DNA from: Ginkgo biloba
Lineage: Eukaryota > Plantae > Ginkgophyta
Length of the DNA: 25,103 nucleotides
Assembly: GCA_024626585.2 (NCBI GenBank)
Contig: JANKJI020000002.1
Coordinates: 109,972,633-109,997,735 of the forward strand
Direction: 5' to 3'
In this document: positions 10,991 through 20,979 of the stretch, in pieces
Layout: each line of letters begins with the position of its first letter
How positions within the stretch are numbered: position 1 is the stretch's first letter
Notes under the pieces: model-generated
The model's input: only the letters and a program-made list of their open reading frames with translations
Told to the model about the DNA's origin: nothing
The model's database searches: none
Program-made: the position numbers and the translations under genes

Positions 10991-11838
10991 AAGGGACCTC
11001 AAATCATATGTGAAAGGGGATATTTGTATGAGATTATAAATCTAAATTAGTAACAAAGGATATAGTGTAAGATTTCCTATAGATATAGAACTTTATGCAG
11101 AACATACAAGAACTTGGAGTATGACTTGGAATCATGCAAGATACATGATACAAGAAAATTTGTCCAAAATATGATGGAAATAAATGGGAAATAATAGAAT
11201 AATCATAATTTTAATAGTATGATATTACCTTTTTTTTTTTTTTTACAAAACTTAAAAATTGGCCCTATTTATAAGCCAGGGAGGTTGTTATCCATTTAAC
11301 TCCACCAATAGAGATATTTCAACCTTACAGTTAGGTGTAATCAAATTGAGATAAAGTAATGATCCTCAATTAGTTGGATATAGAACCAACTACTCAAATT
11401 TTTATTTATTCTTAGAACTAACTAATTACTAGTATATTGCTTATTAATGCATAACTATAGAAGTTCGCCATCTAAAAACACATTGTTAAATGACTAAGAT
11501 AGTTAAGGGTGCACTTAAAAGTGGATAAATAATTTTTATATAAAATTGAACATTTTAAAAGATAGAAAAAGATAATGAGATGCAAATTATATTATCTAAT
11601 ATCTTTAGTGGCTTGAAAAGGTTAGAATGTTGAACCAAGAGATAATATGATTAGCAAGGACCTACACGATAAGGAGTTAGTAACTTGTTTTACTAATTTA
11701 TGGATAAAAAATTATATGGAAGGCATAATATAGTGTTATTATTATAAATTTGTCCCAGTCTACCCTATGCAACTAGGTCTCGGGTTCAAAAGTGACCTCT
11801 TATTACATAAAATGGACCTAAAAAACCCTATTTTTAAA
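10991..11838 (-). repeat. Long direct repeat A, copy 2 (with a left segment matching 5752-5822)
   Basis: 11060-11838 aligns with 6415-7179, including tatttata at 11266-11273. 10991-11060 aligns with 5752-5822 (aagggacctca.atca.atgtgaaagggga). Confidence 0.75.
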
Positions 11839-12849
11839 TTAAAAAAGTTATAGATTTTCATCCCCCCAAAAGGGGATGAAATAGAGTCTCTATAAGAGAG
11901 ATTCTCATGGTTAAACAAATTAGAAGAAAATAAAGTAATTGGCTTTAGCATCAACAAGTGGTCTAGGACAAAATGAAAAAATGCATGATTTAAAAAAAAA
12001 AATCAAGGGTACGAGGATGCATTAAGACGATGTTGTATTACTATACAATAATAAATATTAAAAAAATAAAAGAAAAGATAAAGAAAATATGGCCAGGACC
12101 ATATATCCTTGATAAATTGTATAAAAATGGGTCAACATATTTATCAAAATTAAATGGAGAATCAATGTAGGGACTAGTTAATGGTGCTTATATGAAATTA
12201 TTTTGTACTTGATTGAAGAATGTTCATCAAACTTGTAACTATGTGTGTGTNNNNNNNNNNNNNNNNNNNNNNNNNNNNNNNNNNNNNNNNNNNNNNNNNN
12301 NNNNNNNNNNNNNNNNNNNNNNNNNNNNNNNNNNNNNNNNNNNNNNNNNNNNNNNNNNNNNNNNNNNNNNNNNNNNNNNNNNNNNNNNNNNNNNNNNNNN
12401 NNNNNNNNNNNNNNNNNNNNNNNNNNNNNNNNNNNNNNNNNNNNNNNNNNNNNNNNNNNNNNNNNNNNNNNNNNNNNNNNNNNNNNNNNNNNNNNNNNNN
12501 NNNNNNNNNNNNNNNTGTAACTTTCAGACATATTTATAAAATGACAATCATCTTTGATTTATGAAAACACCAAAGTAGTGATTTTGAGAACTATTTTTTT
12601 CTAAATTACAAAATATATTGATATAAATAAGCATGCTTATGTGAATAAGGTATTTAGATAATGAGGTGACATAAAAAATTCTTTAATTAATGAAGGTTTG
12701 AATAAAAATAATATTATTAAAAGTCAGTCAAAGTTGTGATTGGTTGGAGGAAGTTTTAAGTTACAAATTGATNNNNNNNNNNGGTAAACAAAAGACAAGA
12801 CAAGTAATGAAAAAGATAACTTTAGAAGATATTTTAGGGTAGGAATATT

Positions 12850-13559
12850 AAAGGGATATTATATAATATGGAAGGAAAAAAAGAAATGGGTTGAGGCTCC
12901 CACAAGTAGTTATTGACTATTCAAGAGGAAAACTTAGATTAATCAAGTTCAAATGATTAACGAATATGAAGGAAATTAATGAAGTAGATATTATAATAGA
13001 TATGAAAAAGTAAGTTTACCTCAAGTAATTTGGAAGGTTACTAAAGGATTTTTGTAAGAGGACAAATGGAATTCAATAATATATTGAAAGATATTCAAAA
13101 CTTGACTAAGATCAATCAAAATAATCAAGGTTAAAGATAAGCTTAAGAAGTTCAAACTTTAAGAAAAATTGTGAATAATTATGTATGTTGTGACTCTTTG
13201 TTAGCTATAGGATAAGTTTACAAGAGATAGCAACAACCGACATGGGTGACAATTAAAATCATACTTTACAAGAATTGTCCATACAGATAGAAAATGCAAT
13301 TTAAGAAATAACGTTGGCTAAGAATCCATGGATATGAAGGATTTAGAGAAATATATGGAAATTGAAAATAATTATATTAGTTCAAATTAGAATGGTAAAA
13401 AAAATGAAATTGCATAGAACTTATCAAGGGGAATTTTAAGTACGAGTAAGAAATTAACTTGAAATAAAAAGATTAATTGACTAGAAACAAAAATCAAATG
13501 TTGAAAGTAAGATGCATATAGAACTATAAGTTTTTTATGAAAAATTGGGCACCAAAATA
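12850..13559 (+). pseudogene. Possible retrotransposon gag relic
   Basis: A/G-rich decayed-ORF texture like 1-2446; fragments KVKDKLKKFKL*EK/IVNNYV; near 13525-13555 Y-K-F-(F)Y-E-K-x-G-H, which becomes a CX2CX4H knuckle if TAT derives from TGT. The motif evidence is weak. Confidence 0.35.
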
Positions 13560-14610
13560 NNNNNNNNNNNNNNNNNNNNNNNNNNNNNNNNNNNNNNNNN
13601 NNNNNNNNNNNNNNNNNNNNNNNNNNNNNNNNNNNNNNNNNNNNNNNNNNNNNNNNNNNTTTGAACTCATCAATTAATATGAGAGGCTAGGTGATGGAAG
13701 ACGTGATGGGAGAACATGATATGGGGGGAGGGTATAGGAATGGGATAATAGAGGGAGAATAGATTGGTAGAGTGGGGAAGGAACGAGGGATGAGAGGAGT
13801 TGGGATTAAGATAGAAATGAGAGAAATATGATGGTGGGGAACATGTGACAAGAGTGGGTGGGACTAGATAAGAACAAATGAAAGGAAGGGCTTAGGGATG
13901 AGACAAGAAGGTAACTAGAGAAAGAGACCATTGACCATGTTGTATGAAAAATACATAACCCAACTAAGTTATGACTAAAATTATAATTTAGAGATGTGAG
14001 CGTACATAAAATAATTAGTGCACCCTTAATAGCATAAAAGGATTTTCTCACTACTCATTTGGAATAATCTTAACTTAATGATTATTTCATCTTATTTCTC
14101 CTTTGTGAGAAACTCTGTACTTTTAGGAGCATAGTGCTCCTCTCTTATATTGACATTATTAGTCTCTCTCTTATGTTATAAATATTGCATTAACATCTTC
14201 ATATTATTGTTATTAGCCATTTTTTGCACAACATTGGTATTAGATCCATGCTTGATCTTAAGCCCCCATTTTCTCCCTATGTGTACTATAAAAATTTATC
14301 TCTACATGAACTACCATATCTCCTTTTCTTTCTACAAAGCACCTGCTCACCATTGACACCTATCATCAACCATTCACTATTATCATTCTAATTGATACAC
14401 ACCTAATTGCTTCACCTTCATCTCCTTATGTCATTCATTGCCACCTCTATTCATTTTCTTACCTACTACTTAGCCACTATCTTTTACAACCAACTATTTA
14501 TCTATTTTCCCCCTCATGCTCATTTATCTCCCATATCATATTATTCACTTCTTCACTATGAACTATTAATTCTTCCCATTATTTGTCTATTTCTTCCCCT
14601 CCTCTTCTCA

Positions 14611-15080
14611 TCCATTTAGGCCTATCACACTATATTTAAGGCTTCGACTCCCACCATACCTTTTTCCCTCTTGTATGGCTTCAAATCCATTCTTCCCATT
14701 TAGTTAGAGATTCTATCTCTTTAAGCCACACTTGTGAGTGGAGAGTTCTCGTCATAGGACCCAATGGTCATGATATTAGAATTCCTGCTCACATTTGATG
14801 AGCAAATACTATCCTCGTAACAACATATTGAGGCTAGCCAGAGAAGCCAGGCTCAGTGGTTTGAGCACAAGACTAAGCGTCGCAAACTAGTCATTAGCGA
14901 CTTAGTGCTTCTTTAGAGCAAGGAATAGGAGAAGCATTTAGGGAAGTTTGAAAGTGCTTGGGAAGGCCCATACCAGATCACATTTTCCTTCAACACCTGG
15001 GCCTTGAGTTAAGTGATATGGAGGGAAGATAACTCCCTAATCCAATCAATGGGGAGCTTCTTAAGAAGTATTTTCCATGA
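14611..15080 (+). pseudogene. Ty3/gypsy (Tat/Ogre-like) integrase C-terminal fragment with GPY/F motif
   Basis: SI*AYHTIFKAST..PFSLLYGFKSILPI*LEILSL; LTFDEQ..QHIEASQRSQAQWF..DLVLL; GKFESAWEGPYQI; LSDMEGR*LPNPINGELLKKYFP* (stop 15078-15080). No chromodomain follows. Confidence 0.9.
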
Positions 15081-16882
15081 CGGGCCTGCTCAAGTTGGTC
15101 TCCCTACAGGAAGAATTTTTTTTTAATAGGTGAAAGATGTTGCAACTTAACCTTAGTCATGTTTTGCTTCTCTTTCTTGAAGCCTTGGATGTTATGGCCT
15201 CTCACCAATTGTAACCCTAATTCTTGTCGTTGCACCCTTAGGGTAGCTTTACTTGCAAAACTCTAACAATCCTTAAGTTTTTTATTACAAAACTGTGAGC
15301 TTCCATGCACTATATACCTGGTCACATGCCTTATTGAGGTCCATTTTGTCTTGTGCATATTGTTATTCTCCCAGACACCTTTCCATTACAAAATATTACA
15401 TGTTGCCATGTTATCATTCCATGGCGCATAAGATGATGGATTAGTCCCCATGGAAATGATATATCAGTTGGTCTTTGTTTCTCATGGGTCCTAACCTCTG
15501 ACATTCTTCACTTCCCAATTTTCTTAGGGCTCCTAGTTTGTTCAGTCACATCTCCTTTCTTCATCCCTAACAAGTGAGCCCCTTTCTTTGCACCCTCTTC
15601 ACTCACTCATTATTTTTTGTGATACAATTTTTTTACAGTTGGTGCAGGTTATCACCCCTTTTGGATCATGTACCTTGGGTGCTTCGTCAAGAGCGTGCAA
15701 TCACAACTCAATTGCTAGATGTTGCACACAGAACCCCACCCATCCTTTCTTGCTTGGGTGGCAGTTGACGTGTCATCCCAGTGGGTGAGTTGCTCTTGTA
15801 TTATTGCCTCAATGATGACAAACTTATCCACTTGGTTGTCCCTGTGGACATTTATGCCTTATCATAGATCTTNNNNNNNNNNNNNNNNNNNNNNNNNNNN
15901 NNNNNNNNNNNNNNNNNNNNNNNNNNNNNNNNNNNNNNNNTTATGAGTAAAAAATATTCATTGTTGTAATATGATTAATGAACTAAGTATGGCTCAAGAT
16001 ATGGTAAGCCACCCTTTGGGATTTGTAGTAATGTTGGAGGGCGCCCACTTGTGAGGTGCCCATGGCCCTTTCAAATAAAAAACACCCTCAAAATTAATGA
16101 GTAGCGTGTTTGAAGGGGAAAATTGGTAGAGTAGAGAGGGCAGGGCAGTGCATGAAGGNNNNNNNNNNNNNNNNNNNNNNNNNNNNNNNNNNNNNNNNNN
16201 NNNNNNNNNNNNNNNNNNNNNNNNNNNNNNNNNNNNNNNNNNNNNNNNNNNNNNNNNNGAACTCTTGAAAGGTAGGCACACTAATTATTTATTCCTTTGA
16301 TTTTTTTCTTAGGTCTGTGGCACACCAAGGATTTTGAGAAAGGATGCTAAGAGCATTTTTCTCAAAACTCTATGGAGCCAAAATCTTTGTCATTAGGGAT
16401 TTATCCAAATTTAGGTATGTGCCTCTTGATTTCAAAATACACTTTAGAGGAAAAGAGTGGGAACTCCTTGGTCCTTGCTCATGATAATNNNNNNNNNNNN
16501 NNNNNNNNNNNNNNNNNNNNNNNNNNNNNNNNNNNNNNNNNNNNNNNNNNNNNNNNAATGGATCCTTATAAAGGTGATCTAATGATTTAAAGAGATTGAG
16601 GCATATCAAGAAGTCTGTGAGAAAAAAAATTAAGAGAGAGAAAAAATAACACACTAATCTACTGGGATTAGCCTACTATGGGAAGCACTTAACTAGAGAA
16701 ATCATTTGACAGAAGAAAAAAATAAAAGAAAAGGGGGACCCAGGATGGGGGGTTGACAGGGTCAACACTATGGCTAGGTCAATACTTAACTATAACTATT
16801 CTTATATGAAAATACTATTAAAATACTAATGAAATATTAACAAAATGATATGTTAAGGCAATTATTTTCCATGATCATGTGA

Positions 16883-16937
16883 GCGCGCGCATGCACGCAC
16901 ACACACACATACACATATATATGTGTGTGTGCATATA
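16883..16937. repeat. Compound microsatellite (GC)n(AC)n(AT)n(GT)n
   Basis: gcgcgcgcatgcacgcacacacacacatacacatatatatgtgtgtgtgcatata: 55 nt of uninterrupted purine-pyrimidine alternation. Confidence 0.9.
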
Positions 16938-17344
16938 AATATATAAATATTATTAGTTAATGACTTAGTAAGGAGTATTCATTAATAAAATGAAGATGGA
17001 CTAATAAGAAGACAAAGTGTTCAATAATCCATCCACCCATCCATGTACATAATAAATTTGAAAATTATTAATTTATAACTCTATCCTTAACTATAGTTGT
17101 CTTTATAATTAACCATGGATAAGTCACTTATTAACTAGGGTTAAATTTAAAATATATGTATATAATATCAATAATTTAATATGAAGTATTTATGCTTTAG
17201 ATACTTAACTAAACCAAACCTATACATAACTATAGTTAGGTGGAGTGCCAAAAATTTAGAGAATACTAATTAATATAGATAATTAACAATTTATGGATAA
17301 TAAATTATATAAATAATTAAATAAGAGTTATAAATAGTCAAGAA

Positions 17345-17694
17345 TATTGGGGCACCAATACCCTGAATAAAAGGAAGATGTGTGGGGCACATGCTACCCA
17401 CAATAACCCATCTAATTGGTAGCACCTACATTCCAATGTTAAAAGGTCTTCTTCTAACAAGAAGAGGAAGTAGAAAGAATTAATGATAATATGAGATATG
17501 AATACAATGTGGGCCTTACTAGCCTATATATAGGTTACAAACATCAAAGGAGGTATCTCTTTATTATGACTCTTCATCATGTGACCATTTATTTTCTTAT
17601 ATTTTAATTACTAGTTATGGTTGATTAATAATTAGTTCTTCTAGAGGTTATTATACCAATTAAATAGTCATTAATGGTAGTTAGGGTCATAATA
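17345..17694 (-). repeat. Putative short 3' LTR on the minus strand with adjacent PPT
   Basis: On minus, purine tract aaggaggaagagagaa-like (~17695-17708) is followed by TATTATGACCC (TGTTAT-like). cctatatatagg TATA at 17524-17535. Left end tattgggg. Termini TATT...AATA would be mutated TGTT...AACA. No second copy in the window. Confidence 0.35.
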
Positions 17695-17984
17695 TTCTCT
17701 TCCTCCTTGAATTACTTCATCTTATGAGAAATATTGATGTATATATATCCTTGCACCTTTTCAATATAACATATTTATTTCATCCATATTTGAACATTGT
17801 GACGTTGATTCTACATGCGTAATTTCTTTTGGGACCTTTTTATTATCTTGAAGAGTATTTTTGTATTACATAGGGTTATGAATTACTATCTTATGATGTT
17901 AATATTTATTTGTACACGCTTTAGACTTCTTCAGACTTTTGGGAGCATATAATATTAGTCTAAAGTGTATTATATACTTTAGGG

Positions 17985-18368
17985 AAACTCACATAATTAT
18001 ATTATAAATATAAAATGACTAGATATTTCTAAATGTGGAGGGAACCATATGAGTGAGATCCATATTTTTCTAAGGTGATAATAACTCTACTACACTTTTC
18101 ATATTTTTATTATAAGAATTATTTTCATTATGATTTAGGCGATAAATATTTATCCAAAATGGATAAGATTTGTATGATGAAGGTTTCTCCTTTATATCAA
18201 TTAATTAAAGAGGCTCAATCCTCTTTGTTTGGTGGACACTTTGGTGTTTCCAAGACACTTTAAAAATTTATAAAATTCTCTTATTAGCCTATAATAATAA
18301 AATAGGTGGATATTTATATCCAAAAGTTCTCTTTGTAAAACCAATCCAAGCCCAAGAACTAATATCTT
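17985..18368 (+). pseudogene. Ty3/gypsy (chromovirus-type) RNase H end / integrase zinc-binding (H2C2) relic
   Basis: IIKYK; YDLGDKYLSKMDKICM..LIKEAQSSLFGGHFGVSKTL; Y*P (YWP); VDIYIQKFSL*NQSKP. Matches the consensus LIREAH....GHFG..KT.......YWP.....V..YI..C..C...KP. Confidence 0.82.
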
Positions 18369-18535
18369 GAGAAACCCTTTTGGGTTTAAATTTAATAGGT
18401 GATTAGAAAGTTATAACTCCATGCTANNNNNNNNNNNNNNNNNNNNNNNNNNNNNNNNNNNNNNNNNNNNNNNNNNNNNNNNNNNNNNNNNNNNNNNNNN
18501 NNNNNNNNNNNNNNNNNNNNNNNNNNAAAATACAG

Positions 18536-18958
18536 GTGTTTAAAGATGTTCCAAGTGGAGGGGATGAAATACTCTTGAAGGTGAACTATAATCTAGTCAT
18601 ATGATCTTCAAAGTTGTTTTAGTTGGTTTTTTTTATTGATTATTATTATTTTTTAATTGCACATAATGTTCTACATAACTGGGATGATGGAAATTGCTAT
18701 AGAATACTAAAGAACTGCCATGTAGAATTGCCAGAGGGTGTAAAGTTAATAATAATTGAAGTAATACTGCCAGAAGAGGTTAACTCGAGTTGTGCATTAA
18801 GGTTGGTTGGAAGCTTTGATATTGCAATGATGATGTTTTTCAGAGGAAAAGGGCGTAGCAGGAAGCAATTTGAGGAGTTGGTGAATTCTTTTGACAATTG
18901 TTTGTTTGATCCGGTGCATTGCTAGGGTTTATCATTGCTATTGGTTTTTTGTTCTTGA
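18536..18958 (+). pseudogene. COMT-family (Methyltransf_2) plant O-methyltransferase, last two exons, pseudogenised
   Basis: Exon 18536-18580 VFKDVPSGGDEILLK after a tacAG acceptor; GT donor at 18581 in the conserved K|(W/N)xLHxW position; T-rich intron 18581-18664; exon from 18665 NVLHNWDDGNCYRILKNCHVELPEGVKLIIIEVILPE...FDIAMMMFFRGKGRSRKQFEEL. The acceptor reads CAT instead of CAG. TAG at 18923-18925; probable ancestral stop at 18956-18958. Confidence 0.88.
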
Positions 18959-19803
18959 TGAATTTCATCTGGTGTGGCACAATCACTAGCTTCATACATG
19001 TTTATAAGTTAGTGTTGTTGTTATTATTATTATTTTGATAAATAATATGAAATATTTACTTTTTTTTACTTTATATTAAAGCATCTTGCTTGAAAAATTC
19101 ACGATAGGTGACCTATAATCTTGCATAAAGTTGAAGTTTGACTTGTGACAATTACTTCCCACAGGTAAGGACTAGTTCATACCTAAAATGTTAATAACCA
19201 TCATCATACAAATCAAAGGAAAATTGGAAAGAGGAAATAATAAGTAAAGAAAAATGACCAATTTTAAAAGGACATATAGTGAAAGGAAAAAGTGAGGGTT
19301 AAAGAGCCAATCAATACATAAGGAACTAGATAACCACCCAAGGAAGGAATTCATTGTATAACAACAACTTGGAACTTTAAATATAATATGTAATACTTGT
19401 AAATGAATGTAAGGTGAATACTCCACTTTAAAACTATAAGTGGATCTCAAAGGATATTAGGATGGAATAGATAATCTTGTAAGTCAAAAGGCTCCATGTT
19501 CTCATTTAATGGTCATGACAGTTAAGCATTATAAGAGAGTGTAATTGTTGCGTGACTTGAGAATGAAAAGGAATCCTTATCTCAATCTATGTTGTAAATA
19601 TAATGTTGAATTTTGAGTTAATAAATGATTATTATNNNNNNNNNNNNNNNNNNNNNNNNNNNNNNNNNNNNNNNNNNNNNNNNNNNNNNNNNNNNNNNNN
19701 NNNNNNNNNNNNNNNNNNNNNNNNNNNNNNNNNNNCATCATTGTTTATGCACTAAGCACCAAACGTATGCACCACTCCACTTCATGATTCTCCATCACCA
19801 TCA

Positions 19804-20709
19804 ATTGACATAAAGCCATTATTGAATTCACACCAAGAAGTCCTTGAGGATCCATAAGGGTGACCACCCTCTCGTGCCCTTCAGCACACCATTGACCTCA
19901 TACCTAGTTCATCATTTTTAAATGAGTCTGTGTCCAAGACCTTCATGCCTGAAATAATAAAACTCCAAAGGTAATTGGCAGATGTATTCGAGGAAGGTTA
20001 CCTCCAACCGAGCACCTCTCCTTACAAGCATGTGCATGTCATTCAAAATCTATTACATGACATATGCACTACTCCTTCCCTCTGACTTTCTAATCTACAG
20101 TTACCATTCTAAGAGGAGACAAATGCTTCTTAACTTTACGTAAGTAGGGAGGAAACCTCAATGTGTACCATTATGAGATCCTCTCATAGTCTTGGATTCA
20201 TGAGTAAAGGCATATCAAGGGGGCACCATAACTATCACCATTTAATCTGGTTATCTAGTACAAGTACGAAAGATTGCCTTTGCAAGTTAATTGGTTTCTG
20301 AATCCACCTTGGACTAAGACTTTCCACATTAGTTGAGGTCTTAAAAAATTGGGAAAATTTTCCTCATAAACAGGGAGGAATTGATGAACTATCACAATGA
20401 AAAAACATGAACATTAATGTATTTTCACTTTATGTAGTATTTTCTTTAGTTATGTTAGTAATAGTTCATCAAGATATATTTTCACATTAGTTAAATATTA
20501 TGTTTTAAGTTTCACTTAACTTTTCACATAAAGGGTATATTCCACATTGTAAAAGTGAATAAGTTTCTTTTGTACTCTCACTTATAAATAATGAGTTTTT
20601 TTTAATGAAAAATAACATTTGAGTGGATTCTCACTCTCGTTAGAGTTTTATATTTTTTGACACCTGTTTGTCTCTTTACATTTCTCCTCACCTAACCAAA
20701 TTGACATCC
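19804..20709 (+). mobile_element. Internally deleted chromoviral-type Ty3/gypsy element with PPT and 3' LTR
   Basis: QEVLEDP*G*PPSRALQHTIDLIPSS...LADVFEEGYLQPSTSPY (19804-20025, pre-RT/RT start); TPSL*LSNLQLPF*EETNASNF (RNase H start, ~20066-20140); VSESTLD*DFPH (chromodomain-like tail, ~20294-20329); PPT cagggaggaa (20371-20380); LTR TGATG...CATCC. Confidence 0.8.
20382..20709 (+). repeat. Putative 3' LTR (~330 bp)
   Basis: Begins TGATG right after the purine tract, TATAAATA at 20583-20590, and ends CATCC (one change from CATCA) at a gap edge. Confidence 0.6.
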
Positions 20710-20759
20710 NNNNNNNNNNNNNNNNNNNNNNNNNNNNNNNNNNNNNAAGATCAAGGGAA

Positions 20760-20979
20760 TGTTAACAGGAGATTAGTATATTAAAATAATATAAAATATG
20801 TAAATATGTGTCACATAAGCATTTTGGGAGTTACATGTAATGTATGTAAGTTACTCCAACCTTCTTGTATAAATATCTCATTTATGAAATAAAAAAGTAG
20901 AAGATTGTGGTACAACTTTGCACACCATCCCCTCCTTCCAATTTTGTGTATTGTGTATTATAGTTTCTTGTTTACTTCA
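20760..20979 (+). repeat. Putative short LTR (~220 bp) preceded by a PPT
   Basis: aagatcaagggaa followed by TGTTAAC; TATAAATA at ~20868-20875; aataaa downstream; ends tttacttCA. Single copy only. Confidence 0.35.

Noticed and set aside
14150-14619. Hydrophobic ORFs that look like membrane peptides (also 212-513, 13806-14051, 19172-19450)
   Set aside because: Expected by-products of T/C-rich strands or the antisense of A-rich TE sequence; no family motifs.
16752-16777. Hairpin gttgac-agg-gtcaac followed by CTAG, resembling a Helitron 3' end that might explain the OMT fragment
   Set aside because: The stem is only 6 bp, CTAG is followed by G rather than T, no 5' end was found, and it lies upstream of the OMT fragment.
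16787-17240. Repeated taactata(gtta) motifs resembling the start of the I-CeuI homing site or MITE ends
   Set aside because: Only short AT-rich matches; the rest of the site is absent and no TIR/TSD pair could be defined.
18623-18925. 100-aa ORF as a standalone intact gene
   Set aside because: Its first 14 codons are intron sequence with a TTG start; it is the last exon of the OMT pseudogene.
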